From contig NC_067399.1 in the NCBI RefSeq assembly GCF_016432865.1, positions 20,274,001 through 20,338,000 on the forward strand: a stretch of DNA of 64,000 nt, written 5' to 3'. Below, piece after piece: positions 48,774 through 58,917 of the stretch. Both the position numbers and the translations under genes were made by a program. The notes beneath the pieces are model-generated. The model was not told the origin of the DNA. It did not search any database and saw only the letters and a list, made by a program, of their open reading frames with translations. Numbering within the stretch: position 1 is the stretch's first letter; every line of letters starts with the position of its first letter. The DNA comes from Antechinus flavipes (lineage: Eukaryota).

Positions 48774-50822
48774 AGGGGACAAGACAGGAGGAAAAGTTGG
48801 AATTCTGCTGTCTTGGAGCCAGGCTCAGCCAAGGACGGCCACGGCCATCCTCTCTCTGCCCTCCCAGAACTTCTTCCCATCTGACTTCTTCACCCAGCCA
48901 TTCACACCCACTTTGTTAGCCATCCACTCTCTCCAAGCACCTCCCTGGATGCTAACCTGCTCGGGGGCCTTTTATTTTATTGAGCACAATTATTCCAAAT
49001 CATAGGTAACATGAACATAAAGGGTAGATTAGTTTTAAAATATAAAAGGGATCAAGTTTAAGCATTTTGACTAGTCTTGTTGAGAATTTTTAAGCAGGAA
49101 GTCAAGGAGATGATTGAAAAAAAAAAACTGATTACTTGAAATTGAAAAACAAACCTGAACCTTATTTATGAAATCCTACTTTTACCTCTATTTTGGCAAG
49201 ATGGAGGAAGGCCATTCTCTATGTGTATATTCCTAGGAACTCCTTCAGGTGTTGTCTTTATGGTTAGCTTTGTTGTAATCTCCATCAATGTTTATTTGTC
49301 TTTTAATAAACTTTTTTTCTGACCTGATTCTCTGAATTATTGTGGTGAGCTATTGGTTTTTAAGCATGATGACGCTTCATGGTTTATAAAGAGCTTCCCT
49401 CATACCCCCCCTGTGGAAACAACCCCAATTTTAAAGATGACAAAAGTTGGGGTCAGAGACCCTCTCAATAGCACAGATCTTTCACATGGAAAATGAGAAT
49501 CCTTCTTGGCAGTGAAGTGCAGGAGAGAGACTGGGCCCATAGCCCCATTTAGTTCAGATTAGATCGTCTCAAGATCTGGTGAGATCCATCATTATTTCTA
49601 AAATAAACTTTTTTGATCTTCTAACTCCTGTTAATCCCGAGATCTCCTTCACGGTTTGTCGCCATTGCCAACAAATGTTGAGTTCCTGTCCCCGTGTCTG
49701 ATGCTTTGAATTTGGAAGCTCCTGGCCTATTTGGCCCCCGAGGAGTCATGAGTTTCATGAACTTCATGACATCTTTTTTCTTTGCTTTGTGAGCTTTTTC
49801 CGTCCTGCGGTATCCGAGGATCATCACAGTTGGAAGGTTCATGGTCGTCTTACAGTTCTCTGCATGTCAGAGTGCAGGAAGCACATGGAAAAGCTGATTG
49901 TGGAGGCAGAAGTACCATGAACATCAGCCAAGTTCCCCGTTGAGTTTGTCCCCCTGATATACTCAGGTCTTTCAGTGACTCCCGTGCCCTTGAAGTATGT
50001 TTCACTCCCTGGTGGCCTGTTTCATGCCGGGGAGCTTATTTCTCCCTCTCCTTGTAGCAAAAGCCCTGTCCATGATTGTTTCTAGCCCTAAAAATATGAG
50101 GTTCTCCTTTATTCTTCCAGTAGAGATATATTACCTCTGGATAAGAATCAACAGAGCAGCAACATGCAGAGTTGTTGAGAACAACAGTCATTTTCAGAGA
50201 ATTAGTTTAATCACTCATCAGCTAACCAATCAGACAAAAGCATTTATTCAGCATTTCCTGGGTCCCAGACAATGCTAGGGATGCACAGAAAGGCCAAAAG
50301 GAAGGGCTCACATTCTACTGGGGGAGACAGTATATGTAGATGAAAGATCCTTCAGAGACATTTTATTCAGCTAGTCCCACAGGAGATCCAGGTATGGGAC
50401 CTCTCCCCATCTCCCAGACCTTATTCCTTGGGTAGCCAAAGGGCAAGCAGCACCTGAGACAGGAGCAGGAGTAGATATTCCCGCAAAAGACCCTCAAAAT
50501 GATGGGACAGAGCTGATTTTTTCCTCTCCAATGACTAATTCCCAAAATGCCCCCGGAAACATCATCTTCCCCGTTTCATCTCGAAATTCATGTCCCCTCA
50601 ATATACTGGGCACAGCAGGGGGACCTTCCCCTTTATCTCAGGTAGGAGTTTAACCGAACCTAGCATTTATATAGAGAGATGTCAAGTTTGGGAAACACTT
50701 TACAACCATTTCCAATTCTCGGAGAGAGGTGATATTATTGTCTTACTTTTCCTAAGGATGAGAAAAGTTAAATGACATACCCAGCAAATTCAGGTCTGAA
50801 GCAGAACTGGAACTCAAACGTT

Positions 50823-52909
50823 ATGCTATTACATTATATGGATGATATATTGGGATGTGCACCTGAGGAGCGAATGTTAGAAGCATGTCTACAAAAGACC
50901 ATAGAAACACTAAGATACTACAAACTTCATACTGCTACAGAAAAAATTCAAAGGCATGCTCCTTTTCAATATTTAGGATATGAAATATATCCTAAGGCAC
51001 TTACACTACAAAAACTGTCTCTAAGAACAGAGAGGTTGAACACCTTAAATGATTTCCAAAAATTAATAGGAGATATCCAATGGATGCGTCCAGTATTAGG
51101 TTTAACTACCAATCAATTGCAACCCCTGTATGACATTTTAAGGGGAGACACTGCTTTAAATTCACCACGCCAGCTTATAAAAGAAGCTCAAGAGGCTTAT
51201 CCAATGTAGTTGAAAGAGTAACTCAAAAACCCTTGGAAATATCAGGTTTTGCTACGAAAGAAGCACCCACAGCAGTCCTTCATCAAGGAGACAGTGTGAT
51301 AGAGTGGGTGAACCTCCAAGCACAACCAGAACAAAGCCTTACTCCTTACCCAGTGCTTGTGGCTAGAATTTTATTAAAGGCCATTAAGCGAGCAGTACAA
51401 TTATCTGGGACAAGACCTGACAAGATATACACCTTTTATACAAATGCACAAATTAATGTATGCTGTGAAACCATCCCAGGGTGGCAAATTTTATTGGCCA
51501 TGGCTCCAAATTTTGCACATGGATCTCCATTAAAGATAACCAGACTACTGCATAATTGGCAATGGATTTTTGAGGAGAAGGTTTCTAAGGTTCCTCTTAA
51601 AGGACCAACTATTTTTACAGACGCAGCCAAACAAAATATTTGTGCTGTATACTCTCATGATTTAACCGTAAAAAGAGTAGTCAGAACTTCTTTTCAGTCC
51701 ACTCAGCAGAATGAATTATATGCGATCATGTTAGCTCTCACTTATTACCTAGGCGACATAAATATAATATCTGATTCAGCCTATTCAGTAGGTATGGTGC
51801 AAAGAATTGCCACAGCCCAAATAAAATTTGCAGCTTCTAATATATATCAGCTCTTTAAGGAACTTCAAGAGCAAGTGAGAAAGCATCCAGGAAAGATTTA
51901 TATCCTGCATGTCCACTCACATAGTGGACTTCCAGGTCCTATTTTTGATGGAAATTCAAAGGCAGATAGCCTTCTAACTATGTTGGCCAGTACGCCTTTA
52001 TTTCAGGAGGTCCAGGAATCCCATTCTAAATACCATCAGGCTGCTCGAGCTTTGCGTTTACAGTTTGGGATTACAAAAGAAGAAGCTAGGAGCATAGTGA
52101 AAAGCTGTACAGCTTGCCTTCCCTTCCACGCTCCTACACTGCCTCTAGGGAAGAACCCTCGTGGTTTGAGACCCAATGAAATCTGGCAAATGGATGTGAC
52201 CCATTATAAATCTTTCGGTCGTCTGTCTTTTATCCACTTCGTGGTAGACACCTTTTCAGGATTCTCTTTTGCCATACCAGCAGCAAAAGAGACAGCCCGA
52301 GTGATCACTGAATTCCTCATTCAAGCATTTGCAATTATGGGAGTGCCACAAGAAATAAAAAGAGACAATGGACCGGCATATACCTCCAAACATTTTGAAC
52401 ACTTTTGTGCACAGTATAAGATTTTACACACTACTGGCATACCCTTTAATCCTCAAGGTCAGGCAATCGTAGAAAGAAGAAATAGGGACATTAAGACACT
52501 CCTCCAAAAACAAAAGAAAGGGGGAGCCACGGGTAACCCTAGAGAACTTCTAAATTTAGTTCTCTATACCATTAATTTTTTAATCTTTGATAAAGATGCA
52601 CAGGCTCCAGCAGACAGGTTTTATAACCCACCAGAAGAGCAGTGTCCAATGCGAGCAGCTCCACTATCTTTAGATAATCGCCAGGTGATGTGGAGAGATC
52701 CAGAAAGTGGTGAATGGAAGGGACCAGATAGGCTAACTGCTTGGGGGAGAGGATTTGCTTGCATCTCTACAGGTGGAGAAGGAATCAGATGGGTGCCGAC
52801 GAGCCACATTCGCCTTGTCCATCGCAGAGAGATGGAGCAGACCCTAGAAACAAAGGAGAAGACCCAAGAAATATCGGGTGGTTCTGTTGCTGATTGTGCT
52901 CACCATTGA
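50823..52909 (+). pseudogene. pol: ERV pol (RT C-terminal part, RNase H, integrase), one frameshift near 51195
   Basis: LHYMDDILG; QKLIGDIQWMRP; RNase H TIFTDAAK / QQNELYAI / IISDSAY; integrase HSKYH..CTAC, WQMDVTH, DNGPAY, AIVERRN; GPY/F-like WKGPD. Confidence 0.92.
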
Positions 52910-53477
52910 AAGAGCACAGCTGGCAATGAGACTGTTAGAAAAACTTTAAAAAATCTTCAGGAATCATTGGATTAAGACAAGATGAGACTGTTTCAGTTCT
53001 TGAAAAAACAGCAAGAATCATTGGATTCCTTAAGATGAAAAATTGTTGATGAGACTTTTTGCAGTACATTCAGTTCATGCTGGCACATGAACTAATGGAC
53101 AATGGATTCCTTATGAACTATTTCTAGGACTTATGGACATGTGTAAATTTTCAGGTTGATTCATGTTGTTACATTACTACTAGCCTGTGTTATATTGCTA
53201 TGTGCTTATGTAAATTGTGTATAATGCCTCCCATATTGATGGATTTATGTATACCATGTATATCTGTTACAAAGTTCTGGCCCATATTGATGGATTTATG
53301 TGTACCCCTTCAGAAACCCACTAATCTGATTTGATTTCCTATTTCCTTTGGTGTTTTCATTTCCCTTCCTGAGATGTCAGGGAAGGCGTGATCACCTTTT
53401 AGGTGGGGTTCTCACCTCCTTGAGAAATCAGGGAGGTCATGACCATCCTATGTTCCAAAACAAAAGAAAGGGGGAGA

Positions 53478-54214
53478 TGTTGGAATCCTTACAAACTGCT
53501 AACTAATTAGAGTTGATCTAATCTTACAAGAAGATTTTGGCCAGAACCTGAAACAAGGTACTAAGTAGAACTAAGTAGTACAATGCTTGTGTTTATACCT
53601 TTGTGTTCACACCTCCCTTAAAGCACTTTGGGCCAGAGAGCACTATGGGAGAAAACCCATAATCCCATTCTCTCAGAAGATTTACATATAAGGCCAATGA
53701 AGAGAGAGAGCTATTCCAGAATATATTTTCCACTTGGCTGGCTGGTCACAGAGGAGAGTTCAGCTGGACTGGAGAGGAGCAACTCTGGTGCAGACAGAGA
53801 GCACTTTGACGGATTTCAGCGGAATTACGCCAGAAGCCCTCTCTCCGAGACAAGGCAGAATATTTTCCACTTGGCTGGCTGGTGGCAGAAGAGTTTTCAG
53901 AGGAAGAAACTACGAGTCGAGAGTTCAGTGGACAACCAGATTCATCTTCATCTCACCCCACTGTAGTTGGTGGCTGGGCTCCTGCACGCCCCCCACTGAG
54001 ACCAAGCTGGTCTGAAAGACTCACCAGAAAGCTAGCCGAGCCCCAAGTGAAGGAGACAAGAGATTCATTCCATCTCTGTGCTGGTTGGAGGCAGAAGAAA
54101 GCAGGGGCAGAGGCTAAAGGACAGAACCTTTGGATTTGGAGATATTTGGAGGGCTCTAAGCTAAACGGGCTGTGTTTATAGAAGAACAAGAACTCAACAT
54201 TTGAAACCCCAACA
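53478..54214 (+). mobile_element. ERV 3' LTR (737 bp)
   Basis: Follows the PPT AAAAGAAAGGGGGAGA directly. Perfect 6-bp terminal inverted repeat TGTTGG/CCAACA. TATAAG at 53687. Internal direct repeat ATTTTCCACTTGGCTGGCTGGT at about 53725 and 53862. Confidence 0.9.
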
Positions 54215-54459
54215 GGCACCAATTCATTTTCTCTTTGCAGCAGCTATGTGTCTTCCTACCATTAACAACTATGACTTCTTCTTCCCTCCTTGCTCACTAA
54301 TGTTCCCTTTTTCCGTGTAATAGAATTTCTTTGTACTCTCTTGTAAAGTACAGAGACTGTTAATATGTTTTTGGTTAATTATGGAATATTGGACATGAAC
54401 AACCTGACGTTCCTCAGTTGGGAAAAGAGAAAGATTTCTCTCCTGGCCAGAGAAGGTTT

Positions 54460-57312
54460 TTTTTTTTTTAAATTTTTATTTAATAATTACTTTATATTGA
54501 CACTCGTTTCTGTTCCAATTTTTTTCCCTCCCTCCCTCCACCCCCTCCCCTAGATGGCAAGCAGTCCTTTATGTGTTGGATATGTTGCAGTATATCCTAG
54601 AGAGAATATATGTTTGCAGAACCGAACAGTTCTCTTGTTGCATAGGGAGAATTGGATTCAGAAGGTATAAATAACCCGGGAAGAAAAACAAAAATGCAGA
54701 TAGTTCACATTCGTTTCCCAGTGTTCTTTCTTTAGGTGTAGCTGCTTTTGTCTGTCATTTATCAATTGAAACTCAGATCTCTTTGTCAAAGAAATCCCCT
54801 TCCATCAAAATATGTCCTCATACAATATCGTTGTCGAAGTGTATAATGATCTCCTGGTTCTGCTCATTTCACTTAGCATCAGTTCATGTAAGTCTCGCCA
54901 GTCCTCTCTGTATTCATCCTGGTGGTCATTTCTTACAGAACAATAATATTCCATAACATTCATATACCATAATTTACCCAGCCATTCTCCAATTGATGGG
55001 CATCCATTCATTTTCCAGTTTCTAGCCACTACAAACAGGGCTGCTACAAACATTTTGGCACATACAGGTCCCTTCCCCTTCTTTAGTATTTCTTTGGGAT
55101 ATAAGCCCAATAGAAACACTGCTGGATCAAAGGGTATGCACAATTTGATAATTTTTTGGGCATAATTCCAGATTGCTCTCCAGAATGGTTGGATTCGTTC
55201 ACAACTCCACCAACAATGCAATAGTGTCCCAATTTTCCCGCATCCCCTCCAACATTCATCATTATTTTTTCCTGTCATCTTAGCCAATCTGACAGGTGTG
55301 TAGTGGTATCTCAGAGTTGTCTTAATTTGCATTTCTCTGATTAATAATGATTTGGAACACTCTTTCATATGAGTGGTAATAGTTTCAATTTCATCCTCTG
55401 AGAATTGTCTGTTCATATCCTTTGACCATTTATCAATTGGAGAATGGCTTGATTTCTTATAAATTTGAGTCAGTTCTCTATATATTTTGGAAATGAGGCC
55501 TTTATCAGAACCTTTAACTGTGAAAATGTTTTCCCAGTTTGTTGCTTCCCTTCTAATCTTGTTTGCATTAGTTTTATTTGTACAAAGGCTTTTTAATTTG
55601 ATGTAATCGAAATTTTCTATTTTGTGATCAGTAATGGTCTCTAGTTCATCTTTGGTCACAAATTTCTTTCTCCTCCACAAGTCTGAGAGATAAACTATTC
55701 TATGTTCCTCTAATTTATTTATAATCTCGTTCTTTATGCCTAGGTCATAGACCCATTTTGATCTTATCTTGGTATATGGTGTTAAGTGTGGGTCCATGCC
55801 TAATTTCTGCCATACTAATTTCCAATTATCCCAGCAGTTTTTATCAAATAATGAATTCTTTTCCCAGAAGTTAGGGGCTTTGGGTTTGTCAAACACTAGA
55901 TTGCTATAATTGACTATTCTGTCTTGTGAACCTAGCCTTTTCCACTGATCCACTAATCTATTTCTTAGCCAATACCAAATGGTTTTGGTGACTGCTGCTT
56001 TATAATATAATTTTAGATCAGGTACAGCTAGGCCACCTTCATTTGATTTTTTTTTCATTAATTCCCTTGAGATTCTCGACTTTTTATTGTTCCATATGAA
56101 TTTTGTTGTTATTTTTTCTAGATCAATAAAATATTTTCTTGGAAGTCTGATTGGTATAGCACTAAATAAATAGATTAGTTTAGGGAGTATTGTCATCTTT
56201 ATTATGTTCGCTCGGCCGGTCCAAGAGCACTTAATATTTTTCCAATTATTTAAGTCTGACTTTATTTGTGTGGAGACTTTTTTATAATTTTGCTCATATA
56301 ATTCCTGACTTTCCTTTGGTAGATAGATTCCCAAATATTTTATGGTATCAACAGTTATTCTGAATGGAATTTCTCTTTGTATCTCTTGCTGTTGGGTTTT
56401 GTTGGTGATATATAAAAATGCTGAGGATTTATGGGGATTTATTTTGTAGCCAGCTACTTTGCTAAAATTATGAATTATTTCCAATAGCTTTTTAGTGGAA
56501 TCTCTGGGGTTCTCTAGGTATACCATCATATCATCTGCAAAGAGTGATAGTTTGGTTTCCTCATTGCCTACTCTAATTCCTTTAATTTCTTTCTCGACTC
56601 TTATTGCCGAGGCTAGTGTTTCTAATACGATATTAAATAATAATGGTGATAGTGGGCAACCTTGCTTCACTCCAGATCTTACTGGGAAAGGTTCCAGTTT
56701 TTCCCCATTGCATATGATGCTTACTGATGGTTTTAAATATATGCTCCTGACTATTTTAAGGAAAAGTCCATTTATTCCTATGCTCTCAAGTGTTTTTATT
56801 AGGAATGGATGTTGGATTTTATCAAATGCTTTTTCTGCATCTATTGAGATGATCATATGGTTTTTATTTGTTTGGTTATTGATATAGTCAATTATGCTAA
56901 TAGTTTTCCTAATATTGAACCAGCCCTGCATTCCTGGTATAAATCCTACTTGGTCATAGTGTATTATCCTGGTGATGATTTTCTGTAATCTTTTTGCTAA
57001 TATTTTATTTAAGATTTTAGCATCAATATTCATTAGGGAGATTGGTCTATAATTTTCTTTCTCTGTTTTCGGCCTACCTGGTTTAGGTATCAGTACCATG
57101 TCTGTGTCATAAAAGGAGTTTGGTAGGACTCCTTCAATCCCTATTTTTTCAAATAGTTTATATAACATTGGAGTTAATTGTTCTTTAAATGTTTGGTAGA
57201 ATTCACATGTAAATCCATCTGGTCCTGGGGATTTTTTCTTAGGGAGTTGATTGATAGTTTGTTCTATTTCTTTTTCTGAGATGGGACTGTTTAGGATATT
57301 TACTTCTTCCTC
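54460..57312 (-). mobile_element. Young 5'-truncated LINE-1 (2853 nt) with a 15-bp TSD
   Basis: GGCCAGAGAAGGTTT at 54445-59 and 57313-27; poly(T) at the left end; empty site at 45404-18 followed by AAAA, giving an endonuclease-type TT|AAAC site. Confidence 0.97.
54805..57312 (-). CDS. LINE-1 ORF2p fragment (RT plus C-terminal Cys-rich domain), 835 uninterrupted codons
   Basis: [56 protein letters not shown]. The frame stays open from the truncation point (57312) past the ORF-track start (57168) to the stop. Confidence 0.93.
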   Translation of the reverse strand, partial: EEEVNILNSPISEKEIEQTINQLPKKKSPGPDGFTCEFYQTFKEQLTPMLYKLFEKIGIEGVLPNSFYDTDMVLIPKPGRPKTEKENYRPISLMNIDAKILNKILAKRLQKIITRIIHYDQVGFIPGMQGWFNIRKTISIIDYINNQTNKNHMIISIDAEKAFDKIQHPFLIKTLESIGINGLFLKIVRSIYLKPSVSIICNGEKLEPFPVRSGVKQGCPLSPLLFNIVLETLASAIRVEKEIKGIRVGNEETKLSLFADDMMVYLENPRDSTKKLLEIIHNFSKVAGYKINPHKSSAFLYITNKTQQQEIQREIPFRITVDTIKYLGIYLPKESQELYEQNYKKVSTQIKSDLNNWKNIKCSWTGRANIIKMTILPKLIYLFSAIPIRLPRKYFIDLEKITTKFIWNNKKSRISRELMKKKSNEGGLAVPDLKLYYKAAVTKTIWYWLRNRLVDQWKRLGSQDRIVNYSNLVFDKPKAPNFWEKNSLFDKNCWDNWKLVWQKLGMDPHLTPYTKIRSKWVYDLGIKNEIINKLEEHRIVYLSDLWRRKKFVTKDELETITDHKIENFDYIKLKSLCTNKTNANKIRREATNWENIFTVKGSDKGLISKIYRELTQIYKKSSHSPIDKWSKDMNRQFSEDEIETITTHMKECSKSLLIREMQIKTTLRYHYTPVRLAKMTGKNNDECWRGCGKIGTLLHCWWSCERIQPFWRAIWNYAQKIIKLCIPFDPAVFLLGLYPKEILKKGKGPVCAKMFVAALFVVARNWKMNGCPSIGEWLGKLWYMNVMEYYCSVRNDHQDEYREDWRDLHELMLSEMSRTRRSLYTSTTILYEDIF

Positions 57313-58003
57313 GGCCAGAGAAGGTTTAAAAGAGGTCGGAGAGGAAGAAGTGTTTGGGGAATCATAGTGAGACAGACATTGGCGCTGACACTAGACTATG
57401 TCCTCAGTCGGATCATCTGCTTTGAAACCCAATGAGAACCCAAAGAGTCAGTCAGGGGGTTCTGACATTTGAATGAGGAGAATCAAACCAGCTTCCAACT
57501 GCCCCAGTCCCACTGATGGGAACCCATTTGAAGCCTCTTGTTGAGAATCTTAGAACAGGGAGAGTTCAGAATGAGGAGTAATCGTCTGGTAGATGGATGT
57601 TGTGGGTCTACACCAGGGTTCAGGAGACTTAGGCCCCTACTCTGTCCTGGTGACTCTTGCCTCTGTCCTTTAAGGGGAGGTTGTGCTAGAAGAAGCTGAA
57701 GGGAACTTAATTCTTTCTTGACTATGTGGAAGCAACCTCAAATCAGCTCCGGAGGCCGTGCAGGGGATCGGGGGAAGCTCTTCCCAAGAGCCTGGAAACC
57801 TTCCTTGTCCCAGGAATTCCAGGAATTAATGGAAAGACAGAGGTTTTATCAGGAAACCGTGGCTCCCCTGACTGGAATCCCCTCCTTCTCCAAGGCCAGG
57901 CCTGTGACCCTACACCTTTCCCAGCAGGAAGTTCCCCCATTCCTGTGAGTTCCCTCTTCCCCCCATCGCCAACCTTCCCAGAAAGTTCCCCTGGCTGTGG
58001 GAA
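57313..58003 (+). pseudogene. REG-G: upstream/promoter-distal remnant of a recent duplicate of REG-F (continues from 54215-54459)
   Basis: Near-identical to 45404-46096. Keeps two GAS sites (57817-25, 57975-83). Similarity stops about 200 bp before the TATA box. Confidence 0.85.
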
Positions 58004-58417
58004 GGTAGCATAGAAGAAAAAAAAAAGAAGAGGACCCTGGAAGATAGGTTGAGTACACCAAATTAGTGGGAGCAACTGTGAATAGAAGATCCATCAAAAG
58101 AGAATGAGGGTTTATTGAAGTGATTCCTGGAAAATAGTGGATTAGGTCAGAAAATGCCAAGCTATCCCCCATAAGCATGACAAAATATCACCTCAAGGCA
58201 AATGTAGAGCTGTGAAAATAAGCAAGAGTTAGGGCAGAACAATGGTAGTCCTAAAATAACCAGAAAATAGAAAGCAGAATGGAGATTTGGCCCACATGAA
58301 GTGTAAACACTTTCAGGATAATTCTGCAGAAACAACCAGTGGGGAGGCCTGAGAACAATTGGATTGGGAAGTAATTTTGATCCCAGTTAGATGAATTTGT
58401 ACTTCTCAGACAATGTG

Positions 58418-58917
58418 NNNNNNNNNNNNNNNNNNNNNNNNNNNNNNNNNNNNNNNNNNNNNNNNNNNNNNNNNNNNNNNNNNNNNNNNNNNNNNNNNNN
58501 NNNNNNNNNNNNNNNNNNNNNNNNNNNNNNNNNNNNNNNNNNNNNNNNNNNNNNNNNNNNNNNNNNNNNNNNNNNNNNNNNNNNNNNNNNNNNNNNNNNN
58601 NNNNNNNNNNNNNNNNNNNNNNNNNNNNNNNNNNNNNNNNNNNNNNNNNNNNNNNNNNNNNNNNNNNNNNNNNNNNNNNNNNNNNNNNNNNNNNNNNNNN
58701 NNNNNNNNNNNNNNNNNNNNNNNNNNNNNNNNNNNNNNNNNNNNNNNNNNNNNNNNNNNNNNNNNNNNNNNNNNNNNNNNNNNNNNNNNNNNNNNNNNNN
58801 NNNNNNNNNNNNNNNNNNNNNNNNNNNNNNNNNNNNNNNNNNNNNNNNNNNNNNNNNNNNNNNNNNNNNNNNNNNNNNNNNNNNNNNNNNNNNNNNNNNN
58901 NNNNNNNNNNNNNNNNN
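58418..58917. other. Assembly gap (500 N)
   Basis: Run of N. Confidence 1.

Larger units (their letters stand above)
50823..54214 (+). mobile_element. 5'-deleted, env-less class II (betaretrovirus-like) endogenous retrovirus: pol remnant, 3' region and 3' LTR
   Basis: Begins just before the RT YMDD motif (50835-46). Has RNase H and integrase motifs, a PPT at 53462-77 and an LTR bounded by TGTTGG...CCAACA. Host sequence on both sides is continuous in the paralogous copies at about 45040-45200 and 60860-61020. Confidence 0.93.

Noticed and set aside
49745-49771. Three TCATGA palindromes at 9-bp spacing forming an imperfect 26-nt inverted repeat (copy at about 59296)
   Set aside because: Short, only partly present in the E flank and not evident in the D flank; most likely local slippage.
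50772-51209. Chimeric ORF: host-derived ATG fused in frame to the ERV RT fragment
   Set aside because: The same ATG context exists in the ERV-free paralogue (60850). There is no promoter or splice evidence, and the product would be a partial RT ended by a frameshift.
56495-56887. 130-aa + strand ORF inside the L1
   Set aside because: Antisense shadow of L1 ORF2, common to L1 copies.
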